From: Minisyncoccota bacterium
GTDB lineage: Bacteria; Patescibacteriota; Minisyncoccia; Minisyncoccales; RBG-13-42-11
Length of the DNA stretch: 64,000 nt
Assembly: GCA_016782605.1 (NCBI GenBank)
Contig: JADHYE010000001.1
Coordinates: forward strand, 11,128-75,127
Direction of reading: 5' to 3'
Numbering within the stretch: the stretch's first letter is position 1; each line of letters opens with the position of its first letter. A program made the position numbers and the translations under genes. Under the pieces are notes generated by a model that was given only the letters and a program-made list of their open reading frames with translations, did not search any database and was not told where the DNA came from. This document shows positions 8,236 to 15,999 of the stretch, piece after piece.

Positions 8236-9776
8236 TATCTTAAAATTACTTTTTCTCCCTGCTCCAAACCAGAAACAATCTCCACCATATCATTACTACC
8301 TTTTAACCCGACTTCAATATCTTTTTCCTGAACGTTTCCGTCAACAAGAATTTCAACAAAATCTCTGGAATCCCTCGTACGGATTGCATCCTCAGGAAGA
8401 ATCAAAACATTGTCTTTTGTTTGGGCTTTAATGACAATATCAGCTGACATGCCAGACCTTATGCCTTCTGGAGTATCTTCAAATCCAATAATCGTCTCGT
8501 AATAAACCACTCCGTCAACTATTTTCTCCGCCGGGCTTATTAAAATAATCTTTCCTGTAAAAGTTTTTCCAGAAAAAGCAACCAAAGAAATATCAACAGA
8601 ATTACCGACAGCAATCTTAACCACGTCTTCTTCGTAAATATCTACTTTTATCTCGTAGGAAGCTGTTGGCAAAAGCACTATTACCGCTTCCTGTGAACCT
8701 GCTTGCGCTGACTCGCCTTCATTTTTATTTATCTCAGCAATCTTTCCTTCTACCGGACTGATAATCTTTGACTGCTCAATCTCGTTCTGATAAAGCTGCA
8801 CTTTAGTCAAAGCCTGCTTTACCTGGGTTGAATATAAATCAACGTCTACTTGTTTAGGATCGCCCGCCACCAGATCAAAATTATTCTCTGCTTCCTGGAG
8901 ACTTGCTCTCATCGTTTCAACGCCGGCTTCTGCAGAATAGATTGCCTGCTGATTGGTAATGATACTAGCTAAAGCAGTGTTAATATTTGTTTTTAAAGTA
9001 TCCAAAGAAGCTCTGTCAGCTGCTGAAACCTTGCTTTTATAAACAGGGGCTGTATCAACGACAGAACGTATTGTTTCTAGATGCAAAAATGTCTTCTCAA
9101 GATAATCTTTCATTATGGCCAAAGAAGCTTTGATATTTTCATTGGTCGGATTGGCTGCTAACGCATCTAAATTGCTTTCTGTCGCTTTTTCTACGCTTTC
9201 TATAGTATCCCTGGCTATCATTATTTTTCCGGCATCTGAATCAAAAGTACCAACATAACTGATGACAAACTGCTTCACAAAAACCAAAGCATTGTAAATG
9301 GAAGGATAAGAACTGTCCAAAACAGTCATGGCTGTCTGAAAGCTTTGCTGCAGATCATCTTGAGAGTTTTTAAAGGCAATTTGGGCGTTGTTAAGTTGTG
9401 CCTGGGAGATTTTAACTTCTTCAGTGCTAGCTCCTTCCAGCAGCTTTGTCAGATTTAACTGAGCTATCTCATAAGCAGCTCTCGCTTCCTGAAGCTGAAT
9501 ATTAATATCAGCTGTATCCAATATAGCCAATTCTTGTCCGGCCTGCACTTCATCGCCCACAGCAACATAAATCTTTTCAATTTTCCCGGTATTGCCGAAA
9601 TTAAGACTCAGCTTCTCTCCCTTTTCTACCTGTCCTGTTTCAAAAATCTCCTGACTGACGGTTCCTAAGGTTACTTCAACCAAATTAAACTCAGGCTTCT
9701 TTTCTTTCAAGAAAACCTGATAAACGAAAACTACTAGAACGATTACTGCGCCGATTATTAATATTTGTCTTTTCAT
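8235..9776 (-). CDS. efflux periplasmic adaptor (HlyD/MacA-like membrane fusion protein)
   Basis: 513 aa; N-terminal TM; biotin-lipoyl-like segments (AGQELAILDT); long coiled-coil middle region. Confidence 0.6.
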   Translation of the reverse strand: MKRQILIIGAVIVLVVFVYQVFLKEKKPEFNLVEVTLGTVSQEIFETGQVEKGEKLSLNFGNTGKIEKIYVAVGDEVQAGQELAILDTADINIQLQEARAAYEIAQLNLTKLLEGASTEEVKISQAQLNNAQIAFKNSQDDLQQSFQTAMTVLDSSYPSIYNALVFVKQFVISYVGTFDSDAGKIMIARDTIESVEKATESNLDALAANPTNENIKASLAIMKDYLEKTFLHLETIRSVVDTAPVYKSKVSAADRASLDTLKTNINTALASIITNQQAIYSAEAGVETMRASLQEAENNFDLVAGDPKQVDVDLYSTQVKQALTKVQLYQNEIEQSKIISPVEGKIAEINKNEGESAQAGSQEAVIVLLPTASYEIKVDIYEEDVVKIAVGNSVDISLVAFSGKTFTGKIILISPAEKIVDGVVYYETIIGFEDTPEGIRSGMSADIVIKAQTKDNVLILPEDAIRTRDSRDFVEILVDGNVQEKDIEVGLKGSNDMVEIVSGLEQGEKVILR

Positions 9777-10084
9777 ATGTTTTGCTTAATTATTATTTGA
9801 TGCCAGTCCTCGTAGCAATATATTCCCTGGAACATCCAACCGACGAGAAAACCGGCAGAAAGGGTAAAAAACAAAGGCGAAAATCGATATTTCTTTCTTA
9901 AAAAAAATATAAGAAAGCACAATAAAGTCATTGAAATCAGCCAGTGATGCAAATGAATATGCCATCCCCACACATTAAAAGCCAAACTAAACAAGCCGAT
10001 ATCTCCTGTTTTTTCTCCGGCTAAAAACTTGCCAGTAAAATATCCAGCTGATGAACCTGTAAAAAATCCTAATAAAGTTCCCAT
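9773..10084 (-). CDS. hypothetical small membrane protein
   Basis: 103 aa; two or three hydrophobic helices; 4-bp overlap with the upstream gene. Confidence 0.4.
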   Translation of the reverse strand: MGTLLGFFTGSSAGYFTGKFLAGEKTGDIGLFSLAFNVWGWHIHLHHWLISMTLLCFLIFFLRKKYRFSPLFFTLSAGFLVGWMFQGIYCYEDWHQIIIKQNI

Positions 10085-10091
10085 ATTTTTG

Positions 10092-10163
10092 CGGGGGCGC
10101 CAGGATTCGAACCTAGAACAGAAATTTTGGAGATTCCCATGATAGCCATTTCACCACGCCCCC
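10092..10163 (-). tRNA. tRNA-Trp (anticodon CCA); 3' CCA not encoded
   Basis: revcomp GGGGGCGTGGTGAAATGGCTATCATGGGAATCTCCAAAATTTCTGTTCTAGGTTCGAATCCTGGCGCCCCCG folds as a cloverleaf; anticodon loop CTCCAAA. Confidence 0.8.
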
Positions 10164-10167
10164 GTAT

Positions 10168-10500
10168 TTACATATTTCGTCTTGCGCAAAAAGCGTACTG
10201 CAAGAAATAATCATCAAGGTCTTTAAGCGAACTATTGTATTCTTTGCCACCGGTAACAGCATCGCAAAATAATTCTTTTACTCTGGCAATTTCCCTAATT
10301 CTTCCACTCAATCTTGGATCTATAAGAGTCAAATCAAACAACTCCAAAGCCCTGGCAACTGCTCCCCAAAAAGTATCTTCATCTTCCCCCTGCCATTTTC
10401 TAGCCCTGCTAACCTCACTACCGATATTAGCCATTTGCTCAATTAATGAAAGCTTGAACCATCTCCCCGATGAAAGGTCTTTGTGCAAGGTTTTTGTCAT
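10168..10500 (-). CDS. hypothetical protein (downstream member of an overlapping two-gene cassette)
   Basis: 110 aa; 4-bp ATGA overlap with the upstream ORF; no family recognised. Confidence 0.4.
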   Translation of the reverse strand: MTKTLHKDLSSGRWFKLSLIEQMANIGSEVSRARKWQGEDEDTFWGAVARALELFDLTLIDPRLSGRIREIARVKELFCDAVTGGKEYNSSLKDLDDYFLQYAFCARRNM

Positions 10501-10847
10501 TGTGAAATTAATTTCTCTACGATATTTCTAATTTTATTCTGGATTTCTGGATTATCAACACTACGAGAACGATTGCCGAATGACGGTTTCAGATTAATAA
10601 CCGAATCGAATTCTATCATTTCTTCTTTATTTTTTCCCGGATATATATTTATCCCCCATGTGCTTTCGCGCCTTGATGTTTCCTTTTCCATTAATATTGC
10701 TTCTTCGTCAGCATGCATTTCTCCGCCCACGGCCATTATCCCCTGATCAATATCAACAACCGCTTTTATCAAATCGCCAAACTGCTCTTTTGCCATGTCA
10801 ATAAGCTCTTTTTTACTTATTGGATCTTTAATAATTTTTATCTCCAT
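10497..10847 (-). CDS. hypothetical protein (upstream member of the overlapping two-gene cassette)
   Basis: The probable start is the ATG at 10845-10847 (MEIKIIKD...). The track's longer TTG-initiated version runs into the upstream repeat. Confidence 0.4.
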   Translation of the reverse strand: MEIKIIKDPISKKELIDMAKEQFGDLIKAVVDIDQGIMAVGGEMHADEEAILMEKETSRRESTWGINIYPGKNKEEMIEFDSVINLKPSFGNRSRSVDNPEIQNKIRNIVEKLISQ

Positions 10848-10915
10848 ATTGCTTATTTGCTTGCCGAGCTGCAGCAAGATAGAAGAAGAGATTTATCTCT
10901 TCGCTTCTTTGTGAA
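10848..10915 (+). repeat. Family-3 hairpin-pair element (GCTGCAGC palindrome plus GAAGAAGAGAT-TT-ATCTCTTCGC hairpin) abutting the start codon
   Basis: same two-hairpin layout as the 15138-15270 and 56365-56433 copies. Confidence 0.55.
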
Positions 10916-11021
10916 AACTAACTAAAAAGCACTTATATGAATATTATATCTAAAAAATAGATTATTACAAGCAATTTTTCTGTATTAATGTTTATTTAAT
11001 AAACACTAAAAAACCGTCTTC

Positions 11022-11046
11022 TTGAGAAAACGGCCGAAATCGGCTC
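11022..11046 (-). terminator. terminator-like hairpin with U-run after the small ORF 11106..11285
   Basis: GCCGA-TTT-CGGC stem followed by CGTTTTCTC on the minus strand. Confidence 0.35.
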
Positions 11047-11105
11047 CCCTGGTTGGACGATGCCTGTCCTGAGTCGCATCGAAGGGTTAGAACCTGGTTA
11101 AGAAC

Positions 11106-11285
11106 TGCTAATTGGTCTTTTTAATTTTTTTTCTCATGGCTAATAAACCAATAGTAATAAATAATACTCCTGTCAATATCCATAATAGTGATGCAACTCC
11201 CGACATAACAGCTGCTCCAATAACAATCCAAATAACTCCGATAGCTATGTGAATTTGAAAAGGAAATTCTCTTTTTTGTTTTTCC
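11106..11285 (-). CDS. small (59 aa) two-TM membrane protein, missed by the ORF track
   Basis: ATG..TAG ORF translating MEKQKREFPFQIHIAIGVIWIVIGAAVMSGVASLLWILTGVLFITIGLLAMRKKIKKTN; hydrophobic. Confidence 0.35.
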
Positions 11286-11380
11286 ATATGTTTAAAAATT
11301 AATTATTTATTCCTTTTTCAATTCTACCAAAAAACCGCCCAAAACAATAGACGGAATAGCTACATCTCCATTGTTCGATT

Positions 11381-11920
11381 CTATTTTGTAAAAGGTAAAT
11401 TTGTTATTATTCTTGTAATCGCTGGGTGTTGGCTACAAAGTCTATATTGAAGTAATTTTATCACTATAAAAAAATCTTCTATTTCTGAAGTTAGTTTTTC
11501 TGGCCCAGTAAATATTTCTTTCGCCTCTTCAAGTGTGTGTTTAAAATACTCGCCAAGTTTTTCAGTATTAACCTTATTCTTTAAATAAGCTATGATTTTT
11601 TTAAACTCTCCATCATCGAGCCAAATCCCTTTACATTTGTTACAAAAATCTACTCTAACATCAGAACCTCCATAATGAACCTCATATAAATTCACTTTAC
11701 ACGTGGGGCAGATTTTTGAGGAATGAGAAGGTTGAAATTTCTCACTGTCTTTCCAAAGGTCAATATCTAACCATTTTAAAAATTGGTCTTCTTCATCTTT
11801 TGCTTTTCTTAACTCATCCTGATTAAACCAAATTCCTTTACATTGACTACACCTCTCTATTTGGTTTTTATTAAAAGTGATTTTTTCTAACGTTTCTTGT
11901 TTACAATTTGGACAATTCAT
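11381..11920 (-). CDS. zinc-ribbon protein with two CxxC..CxxCxGxW(F/L)(N/D) units (TFIIB-type zinc-ribbon fold)
   Basis: 179 aa; CPNCKQ..CSQCKGIWFNQDE and CPTCKV..CNKCKGIWLDDGE. Confidence 0.5.
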   Translation of the reverse strand: MNCPNCKQETLEKITFNKNQIERCSQCKGIWFNQDELRKAKDEEDQFLKWLDIDLWKDSEKFQPSHSSKICPTCKVNLYEVHYGGSDVRVDFCNKCKGIWLDDGEFKKIIAYLKNKVNTEKLGEYFKHTLEEAKEIFTGPEKLTSEIEDFFIVIKLLQYRLCSQHPAITRIITNLPFTK

Positions 11921-11960
11921 ATAATTATATTTTTAAAAAAATAATCTTTTAATCAGTATA

Positions 11961-11988
11961 CCAAAAAACCGCCACCGCCGAAAGGCGG
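11961..11988 (-). terminator. intrinsic terminator (CCGCC-TTTC-GGCGG followed by a U-run)
   Basis: minus strand reads ccgcctttcggcggtggcggttttttgg. Confidence 0.6.
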
Positions 11989-12029
11989 ATTGGCGATTTT
12001 TATCGTGGCTTGCCCTGAGCGAGCGAAGC

Positions 12030-12066
12030 GAGTCGAATGGGCTCCGGAGGTAGGATTCGAACCTCT
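12030..12066 (-). other. tRNA-like fragment (T-arm-like GGTTCGAATCC plus CTCCGGAGCCCA) downstream of rpmG; not a complete tRNA
   Basis: no D-arm or anticodon arm could be folded; followed by 50 nt and then the terminator at 11961-11988. Confidence 0.3.
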
Positions 12067-12111
12067 ATTATTTTATGTTTATTATTTCCTCAAGCTCAAG
12101 ACAAAAAGCGC

Positions 12112-12276
12112 CTAACGCTTCCCTTCTTTGTGCAAGGTATGCTTTCTGCACCATTTGCAGAATTTCTTAAAACCCAACTTCTTCTCAACAGCTTCCTTTG
12201 ATTTCTTAGTAAAGTAATTAACCCTTTTGCATTCCTGGCATTGAAGTTTAGTAAATGGTCTTTTTTTAGCTGCCAT
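12112..12276 (-). CDS. rpmG: 50S ribosomal protein L33, missed by the ORF track (54 aa)
   Basis: translates MAAKKRPFTKLQCQECKRVNYFTKKSKEAVEKKLGFKKFCKWCRKHTLHKEGKR; lies upstream of the secE-nusG region as in many bacteria. Confidence 0.75.
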   Translation of the reverse strand: MAAKKRPFTKLQCQECKRVNYFTKKSKEAVEKKLGFKKFCKWCRKHTLHKEGKR

Positions 12277-12348
12277 ATGTTTTTATTGTTATTATTTGAT
12301 AAGGCGATGAAGATAAATCTTCATCTTCTCTCTTCTTTGCGACTCGAG

Positions 12349-12420
12349 AGCCTGAGGCCGGGATTGAACCGGCGGCCTCGTCTTTACCAAAGACGTGCTC
12401 TACCAACTGAGCTACCCAGG
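12349..12420 (-). tRNA. tRNA-Thr-like (GGT-type) with an atypical anticodon loop
   Basis: revcomp GCCTGGGTAGCTCAGTTGGTAGAGCACGTCTTGGTAAAGACGAGGCCGCCGGTTCAATCCCGGCCTCAGGCT. The acceptor, D, T and variable arms fold normally. The anticodon arm CGTCT-TGGTAA-AGACG gives a 6-nt loop, or CGTC-TTGGTAAA-GACG an 8-nt loop, instead of the canonical 7. Confidence 0.6.
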
Positions 12421-12432
12421 CAAAAAATAACA

Positions 12433-12517
12433 GTGGGTGTGGTCGGAGTCGAACCGACGGGATCTAATAAGACAGCGGTTTTACAGACCGTTCCCGCCCC
12501 CTACGGGACTACACACC
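12433..12517 (-). tRNA. tRNA-Tyr (anticodon GTA), type II with long variable arm; CCA not encoded
   Basis: revcomp GGGTGTGTAGTCCCGTAGGGGGCGGGAACGGTCTGTAAAACCGCTGTCTTATTAGATCCCGTCGGTTCGACTCCGACCACACCCA. Confidence 0.8.
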
Positions 12518-12690
12518 CTTTTCAGATAATAATCTTTTTGCTCTTTTTAAGTGCTTTGTATTGCCAAATCCGATTTCGTTTATATACCGATGTAAATCTA
12601 ATTAATATATAATTCTATCAATTCATCCTGTTTTTTCTGTTCTTCTTCAATTGTCCATCGTCGAGCCATTATTTAATTTTACTATAAAAA

Positions 12691-13347
12691 TTATAATTTT
12701 CCAATTGATTTGCCGTATTTTCTCCTCCAGGCTTCTATCATTTTGTGATTACCCGAAACCAAAACTTTAGGTACCCGCCATTTCTGGAAAACTTCAGGCC
12801 TGGTGTATTGCGGATATTCCATAAATCCCTTTTCCTTAGTTATCCTTTCTTTCAATAAAGCAGGTTTGCCCAAAACTCCAGGTATTAACCTTGTTATGGT
12901 TTCCATAACTATCATTCCAGGCAACTCCCCTCCCATCAAGTCGTAGTCGCCAACTGACAACTCCATATCAGCAATGTGTTTGGCTACTCTTTCATCAACC
13001 CCTTCATACCGGCCGCAAATCATAATTATCTGGTTTAATTTTGACAACTGATAAGCTGTTTTCTGATTGAATTTCTTTCCCCGGGGAGTAAATAATATGA
13101 CTTTTGTTTTGCCTTTGCCTTTTATCTTTCTAACAGCTTTATATATGGACTCTACCTTCAAAACCATACCCAGCCCTCCGCCAAAAGGCCTATCATCAAC
13201 TGTTTTGCGCTGATCTTTGGCCCAGTCCCTCAAATTATGGACATTTATCTTAATCAATTTCTTTTCCCTGGCTTTCTTAATAAAAGACTCCTTCAGATAA
13301 GAATCGAATATTTGGGGAAAGATTGTAATAATATCAAATTTAAGCAT
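12691..13347 (-). CDS. trmD: tRNA (guanine37-N1)-methyltransferase
   Basis: 218 aa; MLKFDIITIFPQ...; SPOUT-type TrmD motifs. Confidence 0.9.
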   Translation of the reverse strand: MLKFDIITIFPQIFDSYLKESFIKKAREKKLIKINVHNLRDWAKDQRKTVDDRPFGGGLGMVLKVESIYKAVRKIKGKGKTKVILFTPRGKKFNQKTAYQLSKLNQIIMICGRYEGVDERVAKHIADMELSVGDYDLMGGELPGMIVMETITRLIPGVLGKPALLKERITKEKGFMEYPQYTRPEVFQKWRVPKVLVSGNHKMIEAWRRKYGKSIGKL

Positions 13348-13348
13348 A

Positions 13349-13480
13349 CCCTGTATATCAACATCCAGGCATTTTCAATGCGAAAACACCCTGAAGATTG
13401 TCTTTATTTAATAATATATTTAACATAATAACTTTGTTTGAGATTTTAATACGAAGTATTCTGGATGTTGTATTACGGGG
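13349..13480 (+). mobile_element. Family-1 element, copy 2 (flanked by CATA repeats)
   Basis: ccctgtatatcaacatccag ... ctggatgttgtattacgggg; abuts the trmD ATG. Confidence 0.85.
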
Positions 13481-13544
13481 CATAAAAACAAAAACGGCCT
13501 ATTTTGAACAATAGCACCGTTTTTGCACTCTGTAAACTTAGAGT

Positions 13545-13856
13545 TTACAGTTTTAAATCTTCAATAGATTCAGACTTCCTTTCTCTCGTTGGCCTGCCGC
13601 CTTCTGGCTCTTCGATCTTCAAATTCACTCTTGCGTGATTTTTAAGACCGACAATTCTTACCAGATTTCTGATAGATCTGGCGGTAGAACCTTCTTTGCC
13701 GATAATCTGGCCCATGTCTTCAGGGTTCACTTTCAAAGAAAGCAGAACTCCCATCTCGTCAACCGTACGGTCAACTTTAACATCTCCAGGATTGTCGACT
13801 AAAGCTTTAATGAGATATTCAAGGAATTCTTTATCGTTTCCTTTTGTATCAGCCAT
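13545..13856 (-). CDS. KH-domain RNA-binding protein (YlqC/UPF0109-like)
   Basis: 103 aa; GKEGSTARSIRNLV KH motif; sits between rpsP and trmD. Confidence 0.8.
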   Translation of the reverse strand: MADTKGNDKEFLEYLIKALVDNPGDVKVDRTVDEMGVLLSLKVNPEDMGQIIGKEGSTARSIRNLVRIVGLKNHARVNLKIEEPEGGRPTRERKSESIEDLKL

Positions 13857-13947
13857 AGTTCTTTCTGAGTTTTAGTAATTACTGATATTTATTCGTTTCT
13901 AGTAGCGCCGACCTTTCAATAAATCTGAAATGTAGCTACTGATTAGT

Positions 13948-13975
13948 ATTATATTCATTTGAACCATTTTGTCAA
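13948..13975 (-). promoter_or_regulatory. near-consensus sigma70 promoter (TTGACA-N16-TATAAT) between rpsP and the KH gene
   Basis: minus strand reads TTGACAaaatggttcaaatgaaTATAAT. Confidence 0.5.
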
Positions 13976-13981
13976 GAAAAC

Positions 13982-14440
13982 TCATTTTTCAACTTCTTTT
14001 TTCTCTTTAACCTTCTCTTCTTTTTTCTCTTCGGCAGGTTCAGTTTTAATTTCTTCAACAGCCGCTTCAGCCGGCGCTACAACTTCAGCTTGTTTAGGCG
14101 AAGCCTCAACAGGTTTCTCAACAGGTTTCTCTTCGTGCCTCTCCGGCACATCCGCCGGAGAGGCGGACTTTTTTGATTTTTTATGCAAAGCAATCTTTTT
14201 CCCTTCAATGATTTTCTGAGAAATCAGCATATTATGGATGGTTTCAGAAGGATGGGCGCCGACTGAAATCCAGTATTTTATCCTTTCTGCCTTTAATTTC
14301 TTCTCTTTTGTCAAAGGATTATAAAAACCGACTTCTTCAATATATCTTCCTGAAGTCGAAGATTTCTCTTTTTCGACCACCACTATCTTGAATGATGGCT
14401 GATTCTTTTTTCCTGTTCTTAATAATCTAATAACTAACAT
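13982..14440 (-). CDS. rpsP: 30S ribosomal protein S16 with Lys/Glu-rich C-terminal extension
   Basis: N-terminus MLVIRLLRTGKKNQPSFKIVVV typical of S16. Confidence 0.85.
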   Translation of the reverse strand: MLVIRLLRTGKKNQPSFKIVVVEKEKSSTSGRYIEEVGFYNPLTKEKKLKAERIKYWISVGAHPSETIHNMLISQKIIEGKKIALHKKSKKSASPADVPERHEEKPVEKPVEASPKQAEVVAPAEAAVEEIKTEPAEEKKEEKVKEKKEVEK

Positions 14441-14447
14441 ATATATA

Positions 14448-15137
14448 TTACCAATGTTTGACTGCTAAAGCGTTTTTCGCTGCCTCAACTTCTGCTTCTT
14501 GTTTTGAAGATCCTTTGCCTTCGGCCACTAAATCCTTATCAAGGAAAACGCCGATAACGAAATTCTTTGCGTGATCCGGCCCGTGTTCTTTCAAAACTTT
14601 ATAGGTCGGAGTAATGCCCACTCTTTCTTGGGCTGCTTCCTGGAAAGTGGATTTAGCATCCCTGAAAAGACCTTTCTCAATGATTTCCGGCAATTTAACG
14701 ATTAAATTCTTTTTAATGAATTTTTCGCATGCTTTATAGCCTGAATCAAGGTAAGCTGAACCGATAAACGCTTCAAAAGTGTTGGCCAGGATATAATCCC
14801 TTGATTTGCCTGTTTCTTTCATTTCTCCTTTTGAAAGAAGCAAAAAATCATTAAAGCCCAATTCCTTAGCAACCTCAGCAAGCATTTTAGCATTAACCAG
14901 AGAAGCGCGCCAGTTGGTCAATTCGCCTTCCGGCTTTTTGGGATATTTGACAAAAAGGTGTTCGGTAATAATAAGTTCCAAAACCGCATCTCCCAAAAAT
15001 TCCAGTCTTTCATTGTTATCCAGATTGGCTTTCGGATTCTCGTTCAGATAGGAGCGATGGCAAAAAGCCTGAATCAATAAATCCTTGTTTTTGAATTTAA
15101 AATTTAATTGCTTTTCCAATATTGAAAAATCATTCAT
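14448..15137 (-). CDS. rnc: ribonuclease III
   Basis: 229 aa; catalytic signature ERLEFLGDAVLEL; C-terminal dsRBD. Confidence 0.9.
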   Translation of the reverse strand: MNDFSILEKQLNFKFKNKDLLIQAFCHRSYLNENPKANLDNNERLEFLGDAVLELIITEHLFVKYPKKPEGELTNWRASLVNAKMLAEVAKELGFNDFLLLSKGEMKETGKSRDYILANTFEAFIGSAYLDSGYKACEKFIKKNLIVKLPEIIEKGLFRDAKSTFQEAAQERVGITPTYKVLKEHGPDHAKNFVIGVFLDKDLVAEGKGSSKQEAEVEAAKNALAVKHW

Positions 15138-15270
15138 ATACCGAGTCCGCCCAAGGCGGGCGAAGGTGAAGAAGAGGTTTACCTCTTCGACTTACTTTTC
15201 TAATACCGAGTCCGCCCAAGGCGGGCGAAGGTGAAGAAGAGGTTTACCTCTTCGACTTACTTTTCTAATT
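15138..15270 (+). repeat. Family-3 hairpin-pair element present as a perfect 2 x 65-bp tandem duplication filling the nusB-rnc spacer
   Basis: The unit ccgagtccgcccaaggcgggcgaaggtgaagaagaggtttacctcttcgacttacttttctaata occurs twice with 100% identity (15141-15205 and 15206-15270). It starts right after the rnc ATG, and the last four codons and stop of nusB lie in the second unit. Confidence 0.85.
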
Positions 15271-15676
15271 CTTTATAAACGGTCCCCAAAACGCCATTGA
15301 TAAACCTGCCAGAACTCTCTCCGCCAAAAGATTTAGCCAGCTCAATGGCTTCGTTAATAGCCACTTTTGGAGGAACCTCTTCTTTATTAGAATACAGTAA
15401 TTCAAAAAGTCCCATCCTCAGAATATTCCTGTCAACAACCGTTATCTGGCTTATCGGCCATTCAGGGGCTGCCTGTTCAATAATCTTATCCAGCTTTGAA
15501 AGGTGCTTAACTACTCCGGTAATTATCTGCCAGACCAGGCTTAAGTCCTCCAAACCAGGACCGAACTCTTTGATGTTCTTTTCAACTATCTTTTCCAAAT
15601 CATTTTTCCTGCCGCTAAAATCCCACTCGTAAAGAGACTGCATAGCAATACTTCTTGATAAATGACGACTAGCCAT
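15257..15676 (-). CDS. nusB: transcription antitermination factor NusB
   Basis: 139 aa; NusB-like helical protein. Confidence 0.85.
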   Translation of the reverse strand: MASRHLSRSIAMQSLYEWDFSGRKNDLEKIVEKNIKEFGPGLEDLSLVWQIITGVVKHLSKLDKIIEQAAPEWPISQITVVDRNILRMGLFELLYSNKEEVPPKVAINEAIELAKSFGGESSGRFINGVLGTVYKELEK

Positions 15677-15693
15677 AATAAAATAACAATTAA

Positions 15694-15978
15694 CTATTTT
15701 TTGCTGAGACCTTCCCAGCTCAAAGGTTTTTTAGCTGAAGCTTTTTCATCCTTACCCTCAATCTCCTTTTCTTTCTTTTTTCTTGCTTTTCGGTCCAGCT
15801 TCTTTAAAACGTCAATCACTTCAACTCCCTTGTAATATCCGCAATTCAAACAAACAACGTGGGGCAAAACAGGTTTGCCGCATTTTACACACTTAGTTAA
15901 AACAGGCGCCTTTATGTGAATATGCATGCGGCGCTTGTTTCTTCTTGATTTGGTGTGTTTTTGTTTTGGAACAGCCAT
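15694..15978 (-). CDS. rpmF: 50S ribosomal protein L32 with Lys-rich C-terminal extension
   Basis: [19 protein letters not shown].. plus CxxC pairs. Confidence 0.75.
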   Translation of the reverse strand: MAVPKQKHTKSRRNKRRMHIHIKAPVLTKCVKCGKPVLPHVVCLNCGYYKGVEVIDVLKKLDRKARKKKEKEIEGKDEKASAKKPLSWEGLSKK

Positions 15979-15999
15979 ATCAATAAATATATTAACACA

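Noticed and set aside
11961-12110. tmRNA (ssrA) or complete tRNA downstream of rpmG
   Set aside because: Only a T-arm and acceptor-like fragment is present. No D-arm, anticodon arm or tmRNA tag region could be folded, and a 350-nt tmRNA would overlap rpmG and tRNA-Thr.
12241-12612. plus-strand ORF 12241..12612 (123 aa)
   Set aside because: It spans the minus-strand tRNA-Thr, tRNA-Tyr and rpmG start and has no coding signal.
13349-13480. 45-codon leader-peptide ORF (MPRNTTSRILRIK...) inside Family-1 elements on the gene strand
   Set aside because: Its ATG comes from the duplicated CATA flank and is absent in copy 1. Differences between copies are mostly non-synonymous. It is more likely a chance ORF.
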